A stretch of DNA of 64,000 bases from NCBI GenBank assembly GCA_963708025.1, contig CAVPSB010000022.1:128001-192000 (forward strand). Direction: 5' to 3'. A program made the translations under genes and the position numbers. How positions within the stretch are numbered: position 1 is the stretch's first letter; every line of letters begins with the position of its first letter. The DNA comes from an uncultured Candidatus Rokubacteria bacterium (GTDB lineage: Bacteria > Methylomirabilota > Methylomirabilia > Rokubacteriales > DASRDR01). Below, piece by piece: positions 1 to 10,272 of this stretch. The notes beneath the pieces are model-generated. The model searched no databases. It saw nothing but the letters and a program-made list of their open reading frames with translations, and was not told the DNA's origin.

Positions 1-3000
1 CTCGCCGTAGATCCGGTCCTGGATCAGCTCGGTGTAGCCGAGGATGGCGTTCAGCGGGGTGCGCAGCTCGTGGCTCATGTTGGCCAGGAACTGAGACTTG
101 TGACGGCTGGCCACCTCGAGCTGGCGGCCTTTCTCCTCGATCTCGCGGAACAGCCGGGCGTTCTGGATGGCCAGCGCCGACTGGGTGGCAAAGGTCTTGA
201 GCAGCTCCACGACCTCGGGGGCGAACTCCCCGGGCACTCGCCGGTTCACCACGAGCGCGCCGATGACCTGGTCTTCCCGCACCAGCGGCACCGCCAGCAG
301 CGCCCGGAAGCCCATCCGGAGCACCATGTCCCGGAGTCGGCTCTGGTAGGCGCCCTCCCGGGTGATGTCGGGCACCTGGATCGGCTCCCGCCGCTCGGCG
401 GCGCGCCCCATGAGGCTCTCGCCCATCCGGAGCGGGATGGCCCGGAGGCTCTCGACGAGCTCCGGGTCGTAGTTGTGGGTCGCGCGCATCGGGAACTCGC
501 GGGTGGCGTCGTCGTACTCGTGGATCGAGGCGCCATCGGCCCCCGCGAGCTGGGCGGCCCGCGACACGATCGTGCTCAGCACCGTTTCGAGGTCCAGCGT
601 CGAGCTGACCGCCTGTCCAACCTCACCGAGAGCACGCAACTCCTCCACCGAGCGGGTCAGCTCGCGTGTCCGCGTCTGCAGCTCGGTGAACAGCCGGACG
701 TTCTCGATGGCGATGACCGCCTGGGCGGTGAACGTCTTCAGCAGCTCCACCTCCGCATCGGAGAACAGGCCAGGCGTCTGCCGGGTGACGACGATGGCGC
801 CTACGGCTTCGCCCGCGGACAGCATCGGGACGGCAACGCAGCTGCGGAATCCGAGCAGGTGCCCGGCTTCCCGCACGGTCGCGGTTACCGACGGATCCTC
901 GACGTCCGGAATCTGAACGGGCGCCCGCGCCAGGATCGCGCTTCCCGGCGCGGTGTCCGGGCCGACCGGCCGGGGATACAGCGCCCGAGTGGCGGCCAGG
1001 GCCTCGGGGGCGCCGCCGTAGTTTGCGGGATGGTACAGCATCCCCCGCTCGACTCGAAACACCGCGGCGTTGGCGGCGTTGCAGAGGCGTGCCGCGCTCT
1101 GCACGATCGTGTCGAGGACCGGCTGGGCGTCGGTGTGGGCGCTGCTGATGACGCGCAGGATCTCGCTCGTCGCCGTCTGCTGGTCGAGCGCCTGGGTGAG
1201 GTCGCGATTCCGCACCTCCAGCTCCTGGAAGAGCCGCACGTTCTCGATGGCGATCACCGCCTGGTCGGCGAAGGTCTGGAGCAGCGAAATCTGCTGGTCG
1301 CGGAACGGCCCCGACTCCCGCCGGTAGATGACGATCGCCCCGATTGCGGTGCCGCCGCGGAGGATCGGCACCGCCAGCAGGCTTCGAATTTCCGCGCGCG
1401 TGGCTAGGGGACTCGGATTGTACTCCGGATCCAGCGCGACGTCGGGGATCTGGACGACCGAGCCGCTCAGGATCGCCCGACCTGAGATGCGAGCGCGGGT
1501 CGGGCGCGTCGGGTACTCCGTCCGGACCTGTTCCAGCCACATCTGGGAGAGGTTGTAGTGCGCCACGAGATGCATGAGATCGCCGTCGAAGCTGAACACG
1601 GCCCCGTGCCGCGCGTCGCACAATCGCACCGCGCTCTCCATGATCACGTTGAAGACCGGCTGGAGGTCGGTCGGCGAGCTGGAGATGACCCGCAGGATCT
1701 CGGCCGTCGCCGTCTGCTGCTCCAGGGCCTCGGTCAGCTCGCGGTTCCGCGCCTGCAGCTCCTGGAACAGGCGCACGTTCTCGATGGCGATCACCGCCTG
1801 GTCGGCGAATGTGCTCAGCAGCGCGACCAGGCTCGGCTCGAACGACCCGGCGACGGAGCGACCCACCGCGATCGCGCCGATCGGTACCCCATCGCGGAGC
1901 ATCGGAACGGCCACGATGCTGTGCATGCCGAGCGGATCGGCCATCTCCCGGTTCCGAAACTCGGGATCCGCTGCGCGTCCGCGACGTTCACGACCTCGCG
2001 ATCGAGAATCGCCCGCATGCCGACCAGGCCGCGATGGGGCGGGGCCGGGAAAGCTGCGCTCGAAGCGCTCGACCATCCACCCGGGAATGTTGTACGACCC
2101 GGCGAGATGCACCAGGCCGTTCTCGACCCGGTAGATGGCAGCCGAACAGTCCCGAGCAGAGCTTGGTCGCGCTGGCCGCGATCGTCTCGAACACCGGTCG
2201 CACGTCAGTCGGCGAGCGAGAGATGACCCGCAGGATCTCGGCCGTCGCCGTCTGCTGCTCCAGCGCCTCGGTCAGGTCGCGGTTTCGCGCCTCGAGCTCC
2301 TGGAAGAGCCGCACGTTCTCGATCGCGATCACGGCCTGGTCGGCGAAGGTTTCGAGCAGCTTGACCTGTGGGTCCGTGAACGGGCGAACTCTCGGCTCGC
2401 CGGATCCCGATCGCCCCGACCGCCGCGCCCTCCCGAAGCAGGGGAACCGCGAGGAATGTCCGGTAGCCCAGCCGCCGCGCAATCGCGCTGCCGTCCGGGA
2501 ACTCCGTGGCCTCGGACTGCGCGTCGAGGACGTGGATGGTCCGCCGATCCAGCACGGCGCGGCCAGTCACGTAGCCGCGCTCGATCGGGAGACCCCTCTC
2601 GCGGAAGAGCTCCGACGTCACTGGAATGGACCCGTGGTGCGCCACGGCGCGCAGAACCGCACCGTCCACCCGGAGGATCGTGGCATCGACCGCGTCGCAC
2701 AGTCGGGCCGATGTTCGGGCGACCGCCTCGAGCACGGGCTCCAGATGTCCGTGCGACCGCATCGAGCACGGGCTCCAGGTCCGTCGGCGAGCGACTGATG
2801 ACCCGAAGGATCTCGCTGGTCGCCGTCTGCTGCTCCAGGGCCTCGGTCAGCTCGCGGTTCCGGGTCTGGAGCTCCTGGAACAAGCGGACGTTCTCGACGG
2901 CGAGAACCGCCTGCGCGGCGAAGGTCTCGAGGAGCGAAACCTGCCCGTCGGAGAAGGGCCTCACCTCCGTCCGGACGACCGCGATGACACCGAGGGGCAC

Positions 3001-6000
3001 ATCCTCGCGCAGCAGAGGGACCGCGAGCATCGTGCGATGCCCGTAGCGGCGCTGCAAGTCCTTGCCCACCGGGAACTCGTCGTCGGACTCCGACGCCAGG
3101 TCGCGAATGTGAAGCGTGCGTCGGTCCACGACCGCCCGACCAGCCACCGACCCGCGAACCATCGGGAACTGCTGATCAGGCCGTATTGTCTCGGCGAACG
3201 GGCCGACGCTCGCGACGCGCCGGAGGGCGTCACCATCGACACGGAGGATGATGACGTTCGGAGCCTCGCACAGCCGCGCGGCGTTGTCGGCCACGGCGTC
3301 GAAGACGGGCTGGAGGTCGGTCGGTGAGCTGGAGATGACCCGCAGGATCTCGGCCGTCGCCGTCTGCTGCTCCAGGGCCTCGGTCAGCTCGCGGTTCCGG
3401 GCCTGCAGTTCCTGGAAGAGCCGCACGTTCTCGATGGCGATCACGGCCTGGTCGGCGAAGGTCTCGAGCAGCTTCATCTGCTTGTCGGAGAACAGCCCGG
3501 GCTCGTCCCGGCGGATCGTGATCGTCCCGATCCCCTCGCCCTTCCTCAGGAGCGGGGCGGCTAGCACGGCCCGGTGGCTGGTGTGCCTCGCCAGCCGCAG
3601 CGCATCCGGAAACTCGTCCCCGGCGGCGCCGACCTCCGGGACGTGGACCGTCACCCGGTCCAGCACGGCCCGGCCCGAGGGCACGCCACGACTGAGTGGG
3701 AACTCGGTCGCCGGCAAGCGCCCGTATACCGCCATCGGCCGAAGGATGTCACCCTCGGACCGGTAGACCACGGCGTTGTCCACCCCGCAGAGGCGGGCCG
3801 CCTTCTCGGCCACGGCGTCCATGACCGGCTGGAGATCGGCCGGCGAGCTGGAGATGATCCGCAACACCTCGCTGGTCGCCGTCTGCTGCTCCAGCGCCTC
3901 GGTCAGCTCGCGGTTCCGGGCCTCGAGCTCCTGGAAGAGCCGCACGTTCTCGATGGCGATCACCGCTTGGGTGGCCAAGGTCTGCATGAGGCCGATCTGA
4001 CGGTCCGTGAAGAGACAGCACCTCGGCCGGCGGTACACGGAGATGGCGCCGACGAGCCGCCCGTCCTTCAGGAGCGGCACCATGAGCAGCGTTCGCATGC
4101 CTTCGAGCTCGATGACGCTCGACGCGCGGATCGCCCTCGCCGAACGCCGCGTCTACAAGCACGTCGTCGATGTGCATCGGGCGGAGCTCCCGGAGAACCC
4201 GGCCCAGCGCCGTGCTGCGGCCCCGGTCGGTGGGTGGCGCTCGTGGTGCTCGACGAGTGCCGACGCGGTGCCCCGAAACGCGGCGGCGTGGTAGACCTCA
4301 CCGTCGAAGAGGAACACGCGCCGCTGCTGTGCCTCGCACAATCGCGTGGCGTTGTCGACGATCGTCTCAAACACGGGCTCGACATCGATCGGCGAGCGGC
4401 TGATGACGCGCAGGATCTTCGCCGTCGCCGTCTGCTGCTCCAGGGCCTCGGTCAGCTCGCGGTTGCGGGACCCGAGCTCCTGGAAGAGCCGCACGTTCTC
4501 GATGGCGATCACCGCCTGGGCGGCGAAGGTCCGGAGCAGCGCGATCTGCTTGTCCCCGAACGGGCCGACGTCGGCGCGCCAGACTGTTATCGCACCGATC
4601 GGCGTCTCGTCGCGCAGCATCGGCACGGACAGCGCGCTGCGAAAGCCGGCAGCTCGGATCAAGACGTGGGGCTCGTACTCGTGATCCGCCTCGATGTCCG
4701 GGACGTGCACGACGGCACGCTCCAGGATCGCCCGTCCGGTGAACCGGCCGCGACCGGGGCGCGTCGGGAACAACTGCCGCGATGCCTCGATCGCTTCGCG
4801 AGGATAGTTGAAGTCGGCGACCATGTGGATCAGCTCGCCGTCGAATCGATACACGGAGCCGAACAGCGCGCCGCAGAGCCGGACCGCCCGCTCGGCGATC
4901 GCGTCGAAGACGGGCTGGAGATCCGTCGGCGAGCGGCTGATGACGTCCAGGATCTCGGCCGTCGCCGTCTGCTGTTCCAGCGCCTCGGTCAGCTCGCGAT
5001 TCCGGGCCTGGAGCTCCTGGAAGAGCCTGGCGTTCACGATGGCGATCACCGCCTGGTCGGCGAAGATCTCGAGAAGCTTGATCTGCTTGTCGGTGAAGGG
5101 CTCGGGGACGACCCGGCGGATCGTGATCGTCCCGACCGCCTCGCCCTTCCTCAGGAGGGGCGCGGCCAGAATGGCGCGACGGCCATAGCGTTTCACGAAC
5201 TGCACCGAATCCGGATACTCGTCCTCGGCCGCGGCAATATCGGGGACGTGAATGGTCTGACGGTCGAGCGCCGCCCGGCCCGAGGGCACACCCCGACTGA
5301 GCGGGAGATCGGAGGCCGGAAACCGCCCGTACACCGCCATCGGCCGAAGGATGTCACCCTCGGACCGATACACCACGGCATTGTCCACACTGCAGAGACG
5401 GGCCGCTCGCTCGGCCACGGCGTCCATGACCGGCTGCAGATCGGCCGGTGAGCCGGAGATGATCCGCAACACCTCGCCGGTCGCCGTCTGCTGCTCCAGG
5501 GCCTCGGTCAGCTCGCGGTTGCGCGCCCCGAGCGCCTGGAAGAGGCGCACGTTCTCGATCGCGATCACCGCCTGGGCGGCGAAGGTCTGGACCAGCTCGA
5601 TCTGCTTCGCCGAGAAAGGGCGGACCACCATGCGGCGGATCACCAGGGCGCCGATCGCGGCTCCCTCCCGAAGCAGCGGCACCACCAGCACCGTCCGGAT
5701 CCCGTGGCGCTCGACGGGGCTCCAGGCCTCGGGATACTCGTGAGCACCATCTGTCAGGAAGTCGTGGATGTGGATCGTCTCGCCCGTCAGGATGGCGCGA
5801 CCGCTCGCGGAGCGAGGCGTGATCGGCCGCGTCTCTCCGCGCTCGAGGCCGCTGATGCCCTGGCTGGCCACGTTCTGCATGACATCGTGCTCGGCGCGGT
5901 AGAGCGAGACGTCGGTGGCCTCGCAGAGACGCATCGCGCTCGCCACCACCGCTTCGAACACCGGCTGGACGTCGGTCGGCGAGCTGCTGATGACCTCGTA

Positions 6001-6671
6001 GGATCTCGCTCGTCGCCGTCTGCTGCTCCAGGGCCTCGCTCAGCTCGCGGTTGCGGGCCTGGCTCTCCTGGAACAGCCGGACGTTCTCGATCGCGATCAC
6101 CGCCTGGGCGGCGAAGGTCTCCAGGAGCGCGATCTGCCGGTCCGAGAACGGCCGCACCGTGCGACGCCAGACGCTGATCGCGCCGATCGGCTCGCCGTCC
6201 CGGAGCATGGGGACGGAGAGCAGTGTCCGGTAGCCGGCGAGCGTCCGGATCGCGCAGGGAGCCGGTATTCGGGATCGGCCCGGACGTCGTGGATGTGGGC
6301 GGGGCGGCGGTCCAGGATCGCCCGACCGTTGGCGCTCCTCCGGTCGGCCGGGAACGGGAAGACGTGCCGCCGCAGGGTGTCCACCTCGTCGGGGGAAATG
6401 TTGTAATGACGCGTCCAGCGTGATGAGCCCGTTGTTCGAACCGGTGCACCCCGGCGAAGGCCGCGTCGCACAGCCGGGTGGCGCTCTCGGCGATCGAGTC
6501 GAACACCGGCTGGACGTCGCTCCGGGAGCCCGCGATGACGCGGAGGATCTCGGCGGTGGCGCGCTCGCGCTCGAGCGCCTCGGCGAGCTGGCGGCGGACG
6601 CCGGCGCCGGCGCGCCCGGGGGGCGCGGGCTTCCGGGAGGAGGAGCGTGGAGGCTTGCGTCGGTCCGGCAC
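1..6671 (-). CDS. Multi-GAF (12 GAF domains) sensor histidine kinase, 3' end outside window, several apparent frameshifts
   Basis: The linker [39 protein letters not shown](S/R)SPxDLQPV recurs every ~540 bp. Reverse complement of 1-180 reads [48 protein letters not shown] (HisKA H-box). Stitched from ORFs 5787-6671, 6097-6738, 5354-6709, 4153-5961, 2329-4098, 2205-2762, 1988-2482 and an unlisted frame running off position 1. GTG start at 6671 with GAGGAG RBS. Confidence 0.9.
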
Positions 6672-6680
6672 GGGACTGGC

Positions 6681-6713
6681 CTCCTCGGGCGCACTCGGTC
6701 GGACGACATTCTA
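6681..6713 (-). promoter_or_regulatory. Putative -10 element (TAGAAT, 6708-6713) and RBS (GAGGAG, 6681-6686) of the kinase gene
   Basis: attcta and ctcctc on the + strand directly upstream of the GTG at 6671. Confidence 0.5.
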
Positions 6714-6762
6714 CCCCACCGGACGGCGCCGACGGCACCGCCGGGCTACTGCGCGGCGGTCA

Positions 6763-7567
6763 TCAGGCGATGGGCCCGGCTTTCCCCACGCGGGCCAGCC
6801 AGCCGAGCAGCTCGTCGGCCACCGCCTCCCAGCCGTCCTCCAGCATCGACATGTGGGCGTGAGCCGGCAGCTCCCGGTACTCGCTCCCGTACTTCGCGGC
6901 GATCCGACGCTGGACCCGGCACGGCGTGATGGCGTCCAGCGCCGGCGCCGACGACGAGGGTCGGACAGCGCACGCGCGCCGGGTCCACCGCGACGAGTCC
7001 GAGCGCGACCTCGCGCGCCGCCCGGCCCGACTCGGGGACCAGCCGGGCGTAGGCGTCGCGGCGGACGTCGGGCGCCAGGTTGTTGAAGAGGAGCGCGTCG
7101 GCGTCGGCCCGGCTCGGCACGAAGGCGCGGCCCGCGAGCATCGCCCCCGCGTAGCGTCCGAGGCGGCGGAGCACCGGCCAGTGGAGCGCCGGGATCCCGC
7201 GCGGCGGCGCGCTGGCGAGAAAGACCGCCGCCGGCAGCCGGACCTGCTCGGCGGTCTTCTGGGCGACGAGCCCGCCCAGGCTGTGGCCGATCAGGACGAC
7301 CTCGCCCAGCTCGGCCACGCAGCGGGTCACGTCGGCGACGTAGTCCTGGATGCTCAGGCCGCCGACCTCGACGCCGGGGTCGCTCCCGTGGTGGCCGCGC
7401 AGGTTCACGGCCCAGGCGTCCCACCCGGCCTCGGCGAAGCGCCGCAGGAGGTAGCCCCAGTACCAGCTCCCGCCCCACATGCCGTGGACGAGGAGCAGGC
7501 GCCCGCGGGCCGGCCCGCGAATGGGTGGCTTCCGCTCGAGCCAGAGCTGACCGATCCGCTCGTACAC
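6763..7567 (-). CDS. Alpha/beta-fold hydrolase (one apparent frameshift near 6940)
   Basis: LLLVHGMWGG oxyanion motif and GHSLGG nucleophile elbow. The C-terminus in another frame reads LDAITP...AHAHMSMLEDGWEAVADELLGWL, with stop at 6763. Confidence 0.85.
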
Positions 7568-7674
7568 CGGGCCCCCCTCGGGGAAGACCTTACCCGACTT
7601 CGGGACCGACCGGGGGGCAGCGCGCGGCAGAGAGACGACGGCCGCGCGCACCCGGCGCGGCGGGGCCGGGGAGC

Positions 7675-8175
7675 CTATTCGGAGCGGTAGTTCGTGAACT
7701 GCGTCTCGATGCCCAGGTCCTTCTCGCGGACCAGCTTGATCACCGTCTGGAGGTCGTCCTTGTTCTTCCCGAACACCCGGACGTGATCCTCCTGGATCTG
7801 GGCCTGGACCTTCAGCTTCGCGTCCTTGATGAGGCGCACGATCTCCTTCGCCTTCTCCATCGGGATCCCCTGCTGGATGGCGATCCGCTGGCGCACGGTG
7901 CTGCCGCTGGCCGGCTCCACCTTGCCGTAGGAGAGCGCCTTGAGCGGCACCCCCCGCCGGTGGAGCTTCGACTGGAGGAGATCGATCACCTGCTTGAGGA
8001 CGTAGTCGTTGTCGGAATGGACGACGATCGCCTCTTTCTCGAGCGTGACCTCGCTCTTGGTCTGCTTGAGGTCGTAGCGCGTCTGGATCTCGCGGCTCGC
8101 CTGGTGGACGGCGTCGGTCACGGCCTGGGGATCGACCTTGCAGGCGACGTCGAAGGAGTTCTCGCCCTTGGCCAT
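7675..8175 (-). CDS. yajQ: YajQ family nucleotide/c-di-GMP-binding protein
   Basis: [15 protein letters not shown]...RYDLK...[22 protein letters not shown]...QFTNYR, 166 aa. Confidence 0.93.
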   Translation of the reverse strand: MAKGENSFDVACKVDPQAVTDAVHQASREIQTRYDLKQTKSEVTLEKEAIVVHSDNDYVLKQVIDLLQSKLHRRGVPLKALSYGKVEPASGSTVRQRIAIQQGIPMEKAKEIVRLIKDAKLKVQAQIQEDHVRVFGKNKDDLQTVIKLVREKDLGIETQFTNYRSE

Positions 8176-8183
8176 CGGCGCGG

Positions 8184-8846
8184 CTACTGCACCACCACCG
8201 CGCCGGGCGGCGGGGTGAAGACGAAGAGCCGATCGGGGAGCCCCGCGTTCACGAGCGACGTCGAGAAAGGCGAGGCGGACCTCGTTGCCGAGCTCGTCGT
8301 ACAGGACCGCCTTCCGCACGAGCCAGCTCCGCGGGTCGACGGAGAGGACGAGCCGGGCCAGCAGGGGCTGCGGCGTTTTGGGCGTCAGGTTGAGGACCAC
8401 CAGGCCCTCGGCGTCGGCCGGCTGGGCCGGGTTCAGGAAGCGGACCTCGAACTGCTCGCGGAGCTGCCCCAGGCCCTGGAGGAAGCTGCCGGCCGGGCCG
8501 GCCAGGGCCTGGGGCGCGGCGGCCACGTTGACCTGCTTCAGCGCGGGCGTGTAGACCCAGAGCTTCTGGCCGTCCGAGACGATCTCCTGCGGCGTGGGCG
8601 TCGCGAACTCCCAGCGGAGCTTGCCGGGCTTCTTGAGGTAGAGCGTGCCCTTGGCCTCGGTGGTCTGGTTCATGGCGCGGTTGACGGCCGTCTGGCGGAA
8701 GTCGGCCTTGAGGTCGCGAAGCGCCCTGGTACGTCGTCTCGAGCCGCTGCACCGCCTCGTCGAGCGTCGGAGCGCGTGGAGGCGGCGGCCGACGCGCAGG
8801 CCGGCAGAGCGAGGAGGAGGACAAGGAGCCGGCGGAGGCCGGCCAC
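8184..8846 (-). CDS. lolA: Outer-membrane lipoprotein carrier LolA (apparent frameshifts)
   Basis: Signal-peptide-like N-terminus; [15 protein letters not shown]...[19 protein letters not shown]-terminal [16 protein letters not shown] in another frame; lies downstream of ftsK. Confidence 0.85.
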
Positions 8847-8850
8847 GCGG

Positions 8851-9184
8851 CTACAGCCCCAGCTCTTCGAGGGCCTCGATGATGACGTGCTTGGGGGCGA
8901 GGTGGACATCGTTGAGGTGGATCAGGTATCCCGAGAGCTCATCCGGCAGCTGAAACGGCAGGTGGCACTTCCGGCACGTTTCCCGGCGAGGCGGGATCTG
9001 GACCCCGTAAGCGCGCAGGACGGACCGCAGGAGCTGGCTCTCGCGGCTGACCCGCACGCGCTCCACCCCGACCCCGAACGCCTGCTCGAAGATCTGGGCC
9101 ACCGCGCAGGCGGCATCGCCCTCGGTCAGGGACGCCGAAGGCCTGACGCCGGTCGTTGTCTCGCAGGAACTCGCTGAGCTTCAT
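8851..9184 (-). CDS. Small hypothetical protein with CxxC...HLNDxH motif (one apparent frameshift near 9140)
   Basis: MKLSEFLRDND... joined to ...LTEGDAACAVAQIFEQ...CRKCHLPFQLPDELSGYLIHLNDVH...EELGL*. Upstream GGAGAG RBS and TTGACA (9252-9257). Confidence 0.6.
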
Positions 9185-9410
9185 TCTCTCCGTCCGTGTG
9201 GGTCTCTCCCCTTCGAATCGCATCCCCATGATTCCCGAGACGACCCCCATCTGTCAACCGTCGGGGCGAGGCCGGACTCCTCGGCCTGCCAGCCGATGGT
9301 CCCTGGCAGGGACCTTGCTTCGCCGGCTCTCGGGCCAACCGCCGCGCCGGCCGCCCCGGGGATGCCGGAGACCGTGGCCGCTCGCTTGTCGGTTGCCTCA
9401 ACGCCGTGCT

Positions 9411-9764
9411 CTAATCCCCGCGGGCGATGCAGCTCGAGCTCTTCCAGGGCCCGCACATCCCGCTGATTCGCTCCTGGCCGCCCTCGAGAGCCTCTATGAG
9501 ACGACTGATGAACCGGGCGGTGGCATCCCGGGGGAGTTCGAGAACTACGATGCCGCCGAACCTGTCCGGGGGATAGTTCCGGATGTCCGCGAATCCCCAG
9601 TCGCCGGTGAGCAGGCACGCGTTCTGAGCCTGGGCGAAGCCGGCGATCGTCGAATCACTCGCGCTGGCCAGGCCGACGTCCCGCACGTCGATCGCTTCGT
9701 GACCGTATCGGACCAGCAGTCCCTTGGCCGATCGCGGGAGGTCGGCGTCGATGATGAAGCGCAA
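9411..9764 (-). CDS. DUF5615 family PIN-like toxin
   Basis: MRFIIDADLPRS...GHEAIDVRDVGLASASDSTI...LLTGDWGFADI...GIVVL; directly follows DUF433. Confidence 0.85.
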   Translation of the reverse strand: MRFIIDADLPRSAKGLLVRYGHEAIDVRDVGLASASDSTIAGFAQAQNACLLTGDWGFADIRNYPPDRFGGIVVLELPRDATARFISRLIEALEGGQERISGMCGPWKSSSCIARGD

Positions 9765-9772
9765 GTCGCCGC

Positions 9773-9997
9773 CTACTCCATCGGAAGCGGATGATGCACC
9801 TCCCGCTCGATCAGTCGGCTCGCGTACTCGAGGGCAGCCCGCACGTCCCCCTCGGTCACGACGTACTCCCGCACGACCTCTTCGACGGTCATCCCCCCGG
9901 CGAGTCCGCCGAGGATGCGCGCGATCGGTACCCTGGTCCCCCGGATCACGGGCTTGCCGTGCTGGATCGCTGGATCGATGATCACCCGGTTTTCCAT
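9773..9997 (-). CDS. DUF433 family antitoxin
   Basis: IIDPAIQHGKPVIRGTRVPI...GMTVEEVVREY...DVRAALEYA. RBS GGAGG and extended -10 TGCTAGAAT at 10026-10034. Confidence 0.9.
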   Translation of the reverse strand: MENRVIIDPAIQHGKPVIRGTRVPIARILGGLAGGMTVEEVVREYVVTEGDVRAALEYASRLIEREVHHPLPME

Positions 9998-10161
9998 GTC
10001 GCCTCCGACCACGCCGACTGTTCGTATTCTAGCATCGGGTAACTCTTCACCTCCGGTTCAACTCCCTCAGGACAGTGACCGCAACGTCCCGCCGCCGTAG
10101 CCTCCAGGGCTCCGAACACCATCACCCATTCGGCTGCTTGCCACTTTTCCGAACAGGGCCT

Positions 10162-10267
10162 CGCGGCACGGCGCTCCACTCCGGGCCGCGGCCCGAGGGC
10201 CGAAGACCGTCCAACCGGTCGCGACCTCCGAATGGGGGAACCCCGGGGGTCTTCCGAAAGCCCCGGA
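10162..10267. repeat. Intergenic palindromic repeat family B, copy 1
   Basis: cggcgctccactccgggccgcggcccgagggccgaagaccgtccaac...gggggtcttccgaaagcccc; aligns by eye with 58759-58865 and 25324-25400. Confidence 0.75.
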
Positions 10268-10272
10268 TCCGC

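Noticed and set aside
2719-2784. Imperfect ~33-bp tandem duplication within the kinase
   Set aside because: Garbled copy in an error-dense stretch; most likely a consensus artefact, not resolvable without reads.
120-6100. Regularly spaced ~100-bp DNA repeats suggestive of a CRISPR array
   Set aside because: They are the coding inter-GAF linkers with a ~540-bp period; no cas genes in the window.
7675-8673. Apparent LolA-YajQ fusion
   Set aside because: The LolA C-terminus and stop (8184) are in another frame; a single indel near 8250 explains the join.
1-9184. Programmed frameshifting or mass pseudogenisation
   Set aside because: Breaks also hit lolA, coaE, fcl and the transketolase, with no consistent slippery motif and no in-frame stop accumulation; sequencing indels are more parsimonious.
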